From NCBI RefSeq assembly GCF_001194135.2, contig NC_068984.1:95635396-95699395 (forward strand): a stretch of 64,000 nt of DNA, written 5' to 3'. The position numbers and the translations under genes were made by a program. This document shows positions 12,801-24,374 of this stretch, one piece after another. The notes under the pieces are model-generated. The model ran no database searches. It had not been told where the DNA came from and saw only the letters and a program-made list of their open reading frames with translations. Each line of letters starts with the position of its first letter. The first letter of the stretch is position 1. Origin of the DNA: Octopus bimaculoides (Eukaryota).

Positions 12801-13373
12801 AAATATGGGCTTATGCTGAACACCTGTTGTCCGGCGAAGGAAGTATACAGCTGTTGACTGAGTCAATTATAAAAATTAACCTACCGGGAGTTTTAACAAA
12901 CGAAGGTAGGAATTGTTTTCTCACGGTTGTAGCAATAGTGAAAGAGGCAATATGGAAGACTAGGATAAAAGGAATTAAGATAGGCAACTTTATCTCTGGC
13001 CACAATTTACGTTCATTTTTTACTTTTCATTTGAAAAGGAAAGTGTGGCTGGAGAAGAGATGTCTGTCGGAGTGTACGTTCTAAAAGAGATGGAAGTATG
13101 TTGCACGAGTGTTGTGCGTGCAAGGAACTGTGTGAATAGACGGGAAAAAAAAGAACAAAAAGGTAACAGCGATAGATCGGGGCTTGTGGGGAAGGAGCGT
13201 GGCTTGATCATCGCTTCATTTGTATTGTTTCTGGATTGTTAATATCATTCGATTTTTTATATTTTATTTCTTTTTTAAAGTCACATTTTATGTAAAACCA
13301 TATCGCATTACTGATCCCAATCAGTTGTTTTGTACATTTCTGTGTTTAGCCCACGGTGGGCAATAAAGAAATT
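9890..13373 (+). mobile_element. Tx1/L1-like LINE ORF2 (APE + RT + C-terminal Cys motif), 5'-truncated, with 3' UTR
   Basis: LLGDFN, SRTYLDRILI, SDHKMV, GSGYWKLN, RPITLLN, LDQSKAFDRVDH, IRQRCPLSP, AYVDDI and CPRCGG motifs, with stops and frameshifts. AATAAA at 13362. Confidence 0.92.
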
Positions 13374-13427
13374 GGTATTTCGTCTGTCTTTACGCTTTGA
13401 GTTCAAATTTCGCCGAGGTCGACTTTG
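13374..13427 (+). mobile_element. SINE internal fragment joined directly to the Tx1 3' end
   Basis: ggtatttcgtctgtctttacgctttgagttcaaatttcgccgaggtcgactttg matches the fuller SINE from 21689 onward. Confidence 0.7.
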
Positions 13428-13734
13428 GCGTACAGATTATTTTATTTCTTTCTTTTTTAACTAAACACTTTCGAACTTCCGATACTGGTAGAATGTGTCA
13501 CATAGAACAGGGTTTACTCTTAACGTTTTTGACAAAATTTTCTTTTTTAGAAGTTATTTCGTCAGAAGTTACAGAGTGACATTGAACAAATTCGTGTTTG
13601 ATAAGTGCCAATGCACGAAACTCTCAGCTTTTGACGTCATATTCAAAACTCTGCTTTCCCCTCCTAAATTCGCGCCTTTTCAATAATTCTTTTACTCTTT
13701 AGTTCATTTGTGCGATAGAAGTCGAATCTCTTTT

Positions 13735-13766
<32 letters not shown>

Positions 13767-15629
13767 TCCTTAGAAGAACCTTCTGGAGTCATTACTTTAA
13801 TTGACCAACCTCCCGTGAGATCTTTTCTGCTTGGCTGCCACTTTTCAATTTATTCAATTGTTGTTCCAACTGATTTATCATTTGGCGTATTGGTGTAGTT
13901 TTGTAAGGTAATCATTGACATAGAATTCACTTTCGCCATAAATGAATAAACAAAGAGTTAATAGCTTTTGAAGTTTGCAAATTTTGGGTAATTTTAGCCA
14001 ATCGAAAACCACAGATATATAGGTGCCTGTTTCCATAGTAACAGGTCAAGCTGTTACCAAGCTGCTTACTCACGCAATCATTTTTTGGTTTATTAAATGG
14101 TGGCCGTGAAAAATGCTAAAAGTAATGGCTAAATAGGCCTTAAATCACGCACTAATCACGCACTTAAATCACGCACTAATTTTTATTGCATAATCGTATG
14201 AATTTCCTCAAAAATTTTCTGCAAATTCCAAGAAGTAAAAACGTTATGAGGGGTTCTATGGCGTGCGTAAAGCAGAATTCCGCCAGCATTTTATGTGTTT
14301 ACAGTTGACAACACGTGCTGTCACGCACAAAATGGCAGCTTCCAAATGTTGTTTCCTGACTGGTAAAAAGTTTTCTGCAAAGCGTTAAATATCCCCCGAG
14401 ATTCATCGTGCAAAGTTACATCAATACACCAAATTTTAACATGTCTTCTTAACTTTGAAATTTCCACAGGTGCAGCCAAACAGAAAAGATCCCTCCCCGT
14501 GTTTTTAAACCGTCTGCTCAAATTTTTGTGATGTATTGGTGGCCGCTGACATCTGAAAAATCAAAACAAACCCTGATATCATAATCTCTCGACGCTGGAC
14601 AACCCCCTGGAGTTTAATCTTTTTCAAGTCACCTATATCAGTAGTTTGTTACTGAAACATGAAATTCATGAATCTAGAATATAATTACAAACAACTAATG
14701 AAATATTTCGCGTAATATAAAAAAAATGAGTTAAAAATTCTTTGGAATGAGTCGCAGCACTTTTTACATGCTCACTCCCCCTAACTTACACTACTGATCA
14801 AGTGCATACCAGATGTAGAACAGTTGAACCCATAATCAAAAATATCATACAAGAAAACACAAAAAGCGTCACACCAAACCGTGAATAGACATTAACAATA
14901 AATTACAAAATCTCTAAAACAGAAACCATAATTATAAACAGGCTGTGTAAACCTCCAAAACAAGCTACAAATGATCCACGTGATTCATAAATTTGACTGT
15001 GAAAGTAAAAATTTAAAACTTCGTGATACTATAACAAACAAAACACTCTCTCACTGGCTTCCGATGATTTTACGACAGGAAACGATTGGAACACAAAACA
15101 TTACGCACCATAAACAAAATTAGAAGAAAAAACATTAAATGCAAAAACTAAATTAATAGAAAGCATTAATAGTAAATACAAACAGGATTAACACGTTACT
15201 AAATTGTGGGCCTGAAAACTTGCAACGCTAACGGTTGAATTCTTAATTAAATCTGCATTAATAAAAGTAACCACTGGGAAAAAGACACAATAGAAGCACT
15301 GCCTATCCTGATAATGAGAATAAGAAACTCCGGAAACATCGATGATAAGGAAGTTACGAACATCATTCTTCGTAACAAACTACAAGTTTCTCATATGAAT
15401 AAATGAATGAATGAATGAATAAATAAATAAATAAATATATAAAAAGATTAAACTGGAATAAAGTTGTGCTTTCAATATGAATAGATATGCGTACATAGGC
15501 ATACACATGCATACACACATACATGTATATCTATCTATCTATTTATCTGTATGTATGTATGTATGTATGTCTATATGTATGTATATGCTATATATATAGA
15601 CATACACACACACACATATATATATATAT

Positions 15630-16130
15630 CGTTTCCCCTCACCAACCACCCCTCCACCCTGCTCCTCCAATGCACCATTCTCCGGGCCTTCCGGCGATTC
15701 CAGTCCGACCCTCCACCTCGCACATCTTACCCAACCTACCCCTTCTCTCCTTCAAATGAACCCACAACCTGCGTGACCTCCTGGTCCACAGTTTCTTCCC
15801 TAACCCCACCTCCTAACCTGCCTCGTTCCTCTGCTCCCGTCCACGCTGTCGCAATTGCCCCTACCTCTCCAACACCACCATCCTCACAGGCACCCATCAT
15901 TGTCCCTATCATATCACCAACTCTTTTACTGACCGCTTGGCTGACCGGTTCGCGGAGCACCTCCGAAACATCAGACTCGACAATGACACACCAGTCTTGC
16001 GTCATTTCCACTCTGCCGGTCATTCACTACAACACTTGTCTGTGTTCAAATTGTCTTTACACAGGGGCCATCCGGACACCCGCCTTCTCTCCTTTGCGCC
16101 ACATGGACTCAACTCCCCTCCTCTTTTCAT
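15630..16130 (+). mobile_element. Penelope-like element GIY-YIG endonuclease fragment
   Basis: PLLSFK..HNLRDLLVHS, CSRPRCRNCP and RLADRFAEHLRNIRLDNDTPVLRHFHSAGHS. Confidence 0.8.
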
Positions 16131-16570
16131 CTGACACCTACTTCCTCTCTTCATTCCTACCCACTTCTCTCTTGCTTTGACACTTACTTCCTCTCTTCAT
16201 TCCTACCCACCTTCTCTCTTCATTGATACCCCCTCCCCCACGTCTCCTACGTCTCCCACTCACACACTCCACTTCCACATACCCCACCCCTACAACACAC
16301 TTGCATCTCCACCCCACATCCCCACATCACTACACCACACCACACACCACCGCACCACATCACACCACCCACACACTAGCACTGACCACTTCCCAGCACC
16401 CACGCCACACACCACTATTCTCACACCCACATACCATCATCCTCACATCCACACGCCATCATCCACACACTCACACATTACAGACTCACACACACACGCA
16501 CGCACACATCCACACGTCAAAGTCACTAGCCCCTATCCACACACACACATTCTCACATGCGCACACACGC
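16130..16570. repeat. C/A-rich low-complexity tract
   Basis: CAC/CACA runs, which give spurious His/Thr/Pro ORFs. Confidence 0.8.
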
Positions 16571-16720
16571 ACGCACACCTTCGTTTTGGGATCGCCAATA
16601 CTTTATTATCTCCCCTTCTTTCTACCTGTCAAATCTCTTTTCCCCAACCAGTCACCATATGCTTGATCGCTAAATTCACAAATTTTTTTTATTCTCTCTC
16701 TGTTTATTTTCTCTTATTCC

Positions 16721-16754
16721 TTTCTGTTGAAGAGCGTAAGCTCGAAACGTAAAA
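16721..16754 (+). ncRNA. Non-canonical minimal hammerhead motif in a Penelope pseudo-LTR
   Basis: TTT-CTGTTGA-A-GAGC-GTAA-GCTC-GAAAC-GTA-AAA, with an A6U core variant, downstream of the GIY-YIG fragment. Confidence 0.5.
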
Positions 16755-17174
16755 CACTTTCTCACCTTCCTGAGCGTCAACACCTGCTTGTTGTTCATAC
16801 ACCTGTCTTCGTCTTTTGTTTTTCTGTAATTTTCAGCTGTGTGTGNNNNNNNNNNNNNNNNNNNNNNNNNNNNNNNNNNNNNNNNNNNNNNNNNNNNNNN
16901 NNNNNNNNNNNNNNNNNNNNNNNNNNNNNNNNNNNNNNNNNNNNNNNNNNNNNNNNNNNNNNNNNNNNNNNNNNNNNNNNNNNNNNNNNNNNNNNNNNNN
17001 NNNNNNNNNNNNNNNNNNNNNNNNNNNNNNNNNNNNNNNNNNNNNNNNNNNNNNNNNNNNNNNNNNNNNNNNNNNNNNNNNNNNNNNNNNNNNNNNNNNN
17101 NNNNNNNNNNNNNNNNNNNNTCTTATTTTATTATTTTAACTCATGTCCATTGTCCAGAAATCTTTTGTCACACA

Positions 17175-17321
17175 TCTGTGACCTCTTCAGCGACACTTTT
17201 CGTTTTCCTTCTTGATCCACTTACTCCGTTCTGATCTTCTCAGGTGTGTATCCTTATGTGCACATGCGTTTGCATCCTTGTATGTGTATGTGCGTGCGTG
17301 TGTATGAGAGTGTGTGTGTGT

Positions 17322-17365
<44 letters not shown>

Positions 17366-17476
17366 ACAAACAAGGAAACAAACGCTTGCGCACATAAGGA
17401 TATACATCTTTGAAGAACAGAATGAAGTGCAGCAAGAAATGCACGAAAGCGAAAGTGTCGCTGAAGAGGTCACAGA
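17175..17476. repeat. Fold-back (MITE-like) element with (TG)n spacer
   Basis: Perfect 25-bp inverted repeat 17175-17199 / 17452-17476, plus an inner imperfect inverted repeat at about 17243-17272 / 17380-17409. Confidence 0.7.
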
Positions 17477-17945
17477 CACATATATATTTGTTTTATTGCT
17501 TCTGTGTCTGTTCCATCACAAGCAAAACCCACAGGTATCTGACCATTCTTCAGTCAAATCCAATGTGTTTTTTCTTTGACTTGCTGTGACATACAAGAAA
17601 CACTCAATGTTTTTCTTTTTCTTTTTTGCCATTATCTTTCTCTTTGGTATACTGTGTCGATTCATAGGTAATGCCCAAAAATTTAACGAAGCATCCTGAT
17701 TGGTGTAGAATGGTAAATATCTTTAAGTGAAAGTATCGTGCCAGCAATAAAGCATTAATGTAACTGCTTGAGGAAGCACACACATATGATGGACGCAAAA
17801 TAAAGACTCATAGATATTATAGATAATATGATATCCTATGAATACGAAAATGTCCTGACGAATAAACATGTGGGATGCAGAGACATATGTCGCGATACAT
17901 TGATAAAATCTAAAAATTTTCATTCACAAGTCATTTCTGTTACTA

Positions 17946-18002
<57 letters not shown>

Positions 18003-18699
18003 CGTGTGTGCATGTGCATATGCATATATATTTACAAGTGTATATATCTACATGCATATATAGGTCTGCATATGCTTCTATATATATGCGTGTATAAGTT
18101 TTTTAAAAAGATTCAAGTAAAAGCTTTGTGATATGCTATGCAGAGCTCATCTACAGTTATTGAATACCGGATGTCATCATAGAGTGGAAATGCTCTTTCT
18201 ACTGGATATACACAAGGAATTCTATAGTTTATCTGTAGAGCATATATAAATCGCAGCTTGAGTGAAATAACTGTATGATCTGATCTAACAATCACCTGAA
18301 GAAGCGCATTTTACACCTTTGAGGGATGATAGTGGTTACACAATATGTTAATAATATCATCTCACCAATATACTATGAGTGTAAAAATGCATCGAAACAA
18401 TTGTAGTGGTTTTAAATAATGTTCAAAATATTTTCTATTATTTATGTATGTGTGTGTGTACGCGCGCAGGTGGGGTGCATATAAGGTTGCTTATATGCAT
18501 TTAACCACTAGTGGGCTGTGTTTTGCCGAGATAATGGAGATAATGAACTTCAAAGATAATACTGATGAAGTTATAATGTGATGCAGACACAAGTCGGGAG
18601 AGACATTCTTATATAACAACTAATAATTCAATTGATTAGCAATAGTTTAACTTTTATTCTAACAGTTATATGAATGCTTAAAATGCGGATTTATCACGT

Positions 18700-21190
18700 A
18701 CAATACTTCCATGGGGATTTCATTTCTTGTGACTGTTTTTTTCCGTGAATCTGTTTTTTTAAAAATTTGGTTAATGTGTCTTTTGTGTTCGACATATATT
18801 CTTTTACCAGGAATAACATTCTTCCACTCTGTTTAATAATTTACACCGTCCTCCCAGCTTTCTTTACCATATCTATAGGTTTTTAAAAACAAAAAACTGT
18901 CACCTAACTTGAAGAATTTTGAAGTATTTTTGTTCGTTCATTTTTTTCACTCGGTATCAGCTTATCAAAAATAGATCTGACTTTTCTAGCAAACATCAAT
19001 CCTGCAGGTGACATTCCCGACTGTGTATTCGGATTAGGTGTTACTCAGTACACTCTTAGAAAGTTGTCCATCACTTCATTGTTCGCTGTTTTCAACGCCC
19101 TCTTGAAAGTGTCAAAACGTTCCGCTTGTCCATTTGACCCAGGATGATAGGGCGGAGTGGTCACATGTTCGATGACGAACATTTTACAAAATTTTATGAA
19201 CTCGTCTGACGTAAATTTAGTTTCATCATCAGACACTATGGTATCCGGAATACCATACCTGGTGAACAATTCATGTAAAAAGCTTAATGTAACCGCAGAT
19301 GTCAGCTTTTTACATTTATGCACTTTCGGCCACTGTGAAAAACTGTCCACCACAACAAGGTAATATGAATCCTTAAGTGGACCTGTGTAATCAACATGCA
19401 GTCTGGCCAATGGAACATTTGTTTTTGGCCACGGTGGCCATTAGTGGTAGGCGATTTTGCAGCTAAGGCACACCCTCTGCATGTTTTCGCTGATTCTTCA
19501 ACGTCACGGTCCATTGTTGGCCAGTATACATAACTTCTCATTAATGATTTCATTCTCGAAATCCCTGAGTGACCAATATGAAATTCCTTTAGTAATCGCT
19601 TTTGTAGCGAGAAATGGTTGCGCATATTTTTATCGCTTTTAGCCTTCAGTATTTCTTTCATTTTTATAATGAATTTATCGTTTTCCGATTTTAATTTTAT
19701 GTTTTGAAAAGTAACTGGCAGTTCACGAATGATGTTACACAAAACATTTTAAATTTCATTTTCCGCTCGCAAAGCGGGAATCATGGTATTTTCAAATAGT
19801 TCTGCATTTTTCGAAGTCAGTCTTGACAGACAATCCGCATGACCCAATTTCTTGGATGGTATATATTCCATCTTGAAATCATAGTTTAATGAAATCGTAC
19901 TCCAGCGTTGAAACCTATTAGCAGTATGGGTAGGAATTCCTTTTTTCGACTTAAACGATGATTAGTCTGTAGACGAAAACTTCAAAAATAATAGCTAGAT
20001 CTTCTTTTTCGATTTGACTATAATTTTTCTTTGCTGGTGAGGCATGAACCACCGCCTTCGTGCTATTATCTTTATATTTATGTAGCATTACTGCTCCTAT
20101 ACAGTACTCAGAAGTAGGATCGAAGTATACTAGCGACAAATTAGATATTAATAATTTTTTTATTTCGTCAAACGCCTTTTGGCAGCTTTCCGACCAATTC
20201 CATTTCACATCTTTTTTCAGCAGATTATTCAGTGGAACCCTCTCCTTATGCACATTTAGAATATAATTTTGGTAATAATTTGCCAATCATAAAAATGCTT
20301 GTATGGTCGCTATATTTGTCGCATGGGACATATTTTTAATTGTGTCTGCCCTCGACAGGTCTGTTCAACGTCCATTTTGTCAATGAATTGTCCTAAATAT
20401 CTTATTTTCGGTAAGAAAAATCCACACTTTTCATCACTCAAAATAAAGCTGTAATCCTTAATTTTTTTGAACACATATTTTACTTATTATAGAGATATCG
20501 TAGTCTGTATCCAATTGTAACTTTATGTTTGTATTATTATGCGTATTTTTGTCGAGGATAATCCGTTCACGCGATTTTTTGTGTTGGACCGTTTTTAGGT
20601 TCTGTCCTACATTGCGACTTTTTATGGCCCATTTTACCACACATGAAGCATTTTGTATTTTTAAACGGACAGTTATTTTTAAAATGTAGACCACTGCACC
20701 CATAACTTGAATTCGGTCTAAACATTTTTTCACTTTTTTCTTATTCGTTACAGGCCGAAACGCTTGAACCTAAGAGCAATCTTGCTATTCAGTTTTATTT
20801 GCCTCATGTCTTCTGCTACTGCCTGCAGAGTTAAATTTGAGTCCTGTTCTGATTTTGTTAATATCCGGGATCGTATATCTGCATTTTTGCTTGCAGTAAG
20901 CCCTTGAACAAAAATAAAACACTTTGATATGTCTCATTCAGTTTGAATGTCTCACACTCTCTGTTAACCACTTCGGCATAGGTGACGAAATTTTCATCAT
21001 CTTTTTTTACCAAATTTAAACATTGCCAGCGAACTTCTTTCACTGAAAATTTTCGATAAATTATTAATTGTTTCATCGAAACAAATCTCACCTGGTTTCT
21101 TCGGCAGAATATAATTACTATATTTTTCGTGTTCGGTAGGGGATAGCTTTCTTAAAGGTAGTCGTACTTTTTTCTCGTCGGACCAACTTT
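18700..21190 (-). mobile_element. Deleted Ty3/Gypsy LTR retrotransposon internal region (canonical RT-RH-IN order)
   Basis: Gag knuckle near 20600, RT relic about 20280-20450, RNase H (KKNYSQIEKEDLAIIF), IN zinc finger (HIGHSGISRMKSLMRSYVYWP...CRGC) and IN core (RLHVDYTGP, PDTIVSD, PPYHPGSNGQAERF). Degenerate PBS TGGTCCGACGAG at 21185-21174. Confidence 0.88.
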
Positions 21191-21199
21191 TACACTCTT

Positions 21200-21587
21200 A
21201 CATTATTTACATTATTTACATTTGACGGATATTTGTCCTCATCTTGTTTGTTGTTAACACGACGTTTCGGCTGATATACCCTCCAGCCTTCGTCAGGTGT
21301 CTTGGGGAAATTTCGAACCTGGGTTCTCATTCCTAACGATGTTACTATTATTATATTATTATTATTATTATTATTAATACTATTATTAATCAGGTCGCTG
21401 CCGTGAATCGAACTCGGAACCTTGGGGTTAGTAGCCCGCGCTCTTAACCACTACGCCATATGCCCAAGACACCTGACGAANNNNNNNNNNCTGTGTTAAC
21501 AACAAACAAGATGAGGACAAATATCCGTCAAATGTAAATAATGTAAATAATGTAAATAATTCCTCATCTCTTAAATATAGAACTGTA
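21200..21587 (-). mobile_element. Non-autonomous element: tRNA-like Pol III head, (AAT)n, hammerhead-bearing tail and an inverted copy of the tail, flanked by a 12-bp TSD
   Basis: Direct repeat TTTTACACTCTT at 21188-21199 and 21588-21599. A box TGGCGTAGTGG (21458-21448) and B box GAGTTCGATTC (21415-21405). Inverted arms at about 21200-21305 and 21463-21560. Confidence 0.85.
21256..21301 (-). ncRNA. Minimal type I hammerhead ribozyme
   Basis: GACAC-CTGACGA-A-GGCTG-GAGGGTATAT-CAGCC-GAAAC-GTC-GTGTT. Intact core, helix I GACAC/GTGTT, helix II GGCTG/CAGCC, GUC triplet and palindromic ACGT helix III. Confidence 0.8.
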
Positions 21588-21649
21588 TTTTACACTCTTC
21601 TTTGAAGATTTCTTCGTATCAACGAAAATATGCAGAGAAGGTAATCCCT

Positions 21650-21860
21650 TCAAGGCGGCGAGCTGGCACGCCGGGAGAAGTGCTTAGCGGTATTTTGTTT
21701 GCCGATACATTATGAGTTCAAATTCCGCAGAGGTCGACTTTGCCTTTCATCCTTTCAGGGTCGATAAATTAAGTACCAGTTGCATACTGGGGTCGACTCC
21801 CCCCCGCCAAAAAAAAATTGCTAGCCTTGTGCCTGTAGTAGAAAAGAAGGTAATCCTTTC
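21650..21860 (+). mobile_element. SINE
   Basis: ggcggcgagctggca...cttagcggtatt...gagttcaaattcc...gaggtcgactttgcctttcatcc...gtcgataaattaagtaccag. Confidence 0.75.
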
Positions 21861-22596
21861 TGGATTATAGCTGAATTTTTCAACTAAGTTTGCTACTCTG
21901 TCTGGTGAGTACGACTCTGAAGTATTTTCAGACTTCTTCAACATTAATTCCAGCAGCTATTAATTTTGTTGTTGCTGCTGCTGCTACTGCTTTAGGTGCT
22001 GTTGTTGTAGTTACTGTTGTTGATGCTGTTGCTGTTGCAACTGCACTATGGAAGCCATTAAGTTCTCCATATCAAACGATTTTTTCTTTGATTTCGTACA
22101 CCCCACCCCCAAAAACAATTTAACGTCTAACGCAAGCTTCGAACAACTCGTTACCACTTTTATATCTTTGTATGCTGGATATATAATATCATGAAGCAGG
22201 AGGGAAAGAAAGTATTAACACGACGCACTACCATTACTATTACACGAGACAACGCTCTATATCAACGGCTCGCAGTGAATTGTTTACCAACTCCGAACTG
22301 CCAATCGCTCACCGTCCTTTACTTTATAACAATGAGACAGTCCACCTTCAGTCACTTGGGGTGGGGTCGAAATCCTTCCACAACTATATTGTATGTGCAT
22401 ACGTATGTGTATGGGAAGGGGGTACATAAACCATTGTATGACGATGATGTGTACGAATAAAGTATAACAGATCTTCTCTGACTGGATTAATACATCTTTA
22501 ACCAGAAGCTTATTAACTGCATGTCAAAGAACCCTTTATTGACAAAAATCTACGCTCTAATACTGGCAGGCTGATTTTTTCTTCCGAGAGTTCACC

Positions 22597-22675
22597 AATG
22601 CCTGATGAAATAGCAGGCAATTTATTTGCACTGTGTGCAAATAAATTGCCATACTACTGAAACATTTATAGCATT
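22597..22675 (+). ncRNA. Hammerhead ribozyme motif with extended helix II
   Basis: AATGC-CTGATGA...perfect 16-bp hairpin (22616-22631 / 22635-22650)...GAAAC-ATTT-ATA-GCATT. Helix I is AATGC/GCATT. Mismatches at helix III and at the base of helix II. Confidence 0.6.
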
Positions 22676-22939
22676 AATTGAACGGCTTAACGTCTCTTCA
22701 ACTTCACTTATTTTATTTCTTTATCACGCGACATGTGCAGCTAATGTTTAGAGATTGGAGTTGCAGACTATCTAATTGAGTCAAGATTGCGTCGATTACG
22801 CAATTGATTGGATGATAAACTAAGAATATTCATCAGTATTCGTACATAATAGCCTGCAAGCCAATACATGCTTGAGGCTACGGAGTTGATAATAACGATG
22901 ATTAAGTTCCAAATCAATTGATTATACACACACACATAT

Positions 22940-23090
22940 ACAGTAATACCTCGATATACGAGTTAATTTGTTCCAGGGGACCGCTCGTTAAGCGAAAACT
23001 CGTAAAGCAGAGCAGGAATTTCCCAAAGCAGCAATGTCATAAATTGTAATTCGTTCTCAGAAAAATGTCTTACTTATAAAAAAATTTATA
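22940..23090. mobile_element. Tigger/pogo-like terminal fragment
   Basis: TA-CAGTAATACCTCGATATACGAG terminus with repeated CTCG/CGAG subterminal motifs. Confidence 0.45.
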
Positions 23091-23734
23091 ATACTCGTGA
23101 ATAAATGGCAATAAAACAACAATAGAATGCAAAGAATATTTTATGTAAAGCAAAAGGAATATCAAGATCATTTATAATAAAAAAATAGTATTATTACAAT
23201 CGTTTTGTGAATCACTTTCACTCACACTAGACTCGCACACACCATCACTTGTAGACGCGATCGCCGAATCACAAGCACTCGTAGACGGACTTGTTGATTT
23301 CTTTTAAAATGTATCACCTTACTATTGCTTTTTCTGTCTACTCTTTTCACTTTACCATCCCTCCATCAGTTACCTTTCTTTGTTTTGCGCACCATTTCTT
23401 TACTCCCAATCTTTCTCTCCACAATCACTTCTAGATCTAACTGCATTCCTTTCTATTTATTTGCCCTCTATCTATCTTCACTTACCTCCCATTTCTTCAA
23501 CTGTCCACTTTTGTAAACTATTTACTGTCGTCCATCCTTATTCTTTTCTCTCTCCATGCCCCCTCTTTCTTAGTATCTGTTCTTCGCCAACCTCTATTCC
23601 TCTCGTTTCATCTATCCCTAATCTTCCTTCTCCTTGTACAACTCTTTCTGCTCCTCCACTCTCTGCCTTTATCCCTACCTTTCATTATCCATGCTCTCCC
23701 GTTCTCTTTCTCTCCTCTTTTTGGTGCTACGTGA

Positions 23735-24358
23735 CTAACCTGTGAGTGGTGAAAAAATTGCAATTAGAGCCATTTTACGCTACTTGTGGAAAAAAGGATT
23801 GAGTGAAAGTTCAGCAACAGAAACTAATGATGACGAAGGCCCAGGAACTGTCAACTGTGACACAAAACTGGTTCAGACGTTTCAAGGAAACACCACCCTT
23901 GAGAGAGGAAACAGAAAGTGTGTGTGTGGCGTTACATTAAATAATCCTTCCTATTATAGGGCTGAAATTTGTCAGGGAGATCTGTGACAGATGATGTGAC
24001 ATTGCTGGAAATGGTTGAACAGTCAAGAACAAGCATTTGTTGAGAAGCTCCTCATGAACTGACTAATGACCAGGCTCAAAGGACATGCTGTGCGTTTAGT
24101 GCTGCCTTGCCTACAGTCCAGACCTGGCACCATCAGATAACCACCTTTTCCAAGCCATGACTCATTTCCTGCACAAACGGAAGTTCAACAATGCAAATGA
24201 GATTGGAAACAGGTGCAGGGAATTTTTTGTCTCTAAACTACCCAAATGATACAAGCATGGAATTGAAGCGATATATTTTGCTGAATGTTTTTCATATGTA
24301 ATTTGCTTGAAGTATTAATTAAAACTTCAAATATGAAAAATCTTTTGATACAACCTTG
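23735..24358 (+). mobile_element. Deleted mariner transposon
   Basis: MSGEKIAIRAILRYLWKKGLS N-terminus, (P)DLAPSDNHLF relic near 24115-24150, and terminal ...gatacaaccttgtg-TA. Confidence 0.65.
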
Positions 24359-24374
24359 TGTATATATACATATA

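Noticed and set aside
16177-16752. His/Thr/Pro-rich ORFs
   Set aside because: CAC-type low complexity in all frames with no domain signal
21390-21460. Possible tRNA gene
   Set aside because: A and B boxes are present but there is no clean acceptor stem or T-run terminator, and it sits inside a TSD-flanked mobile unit, so it is treated as a SINE-type head
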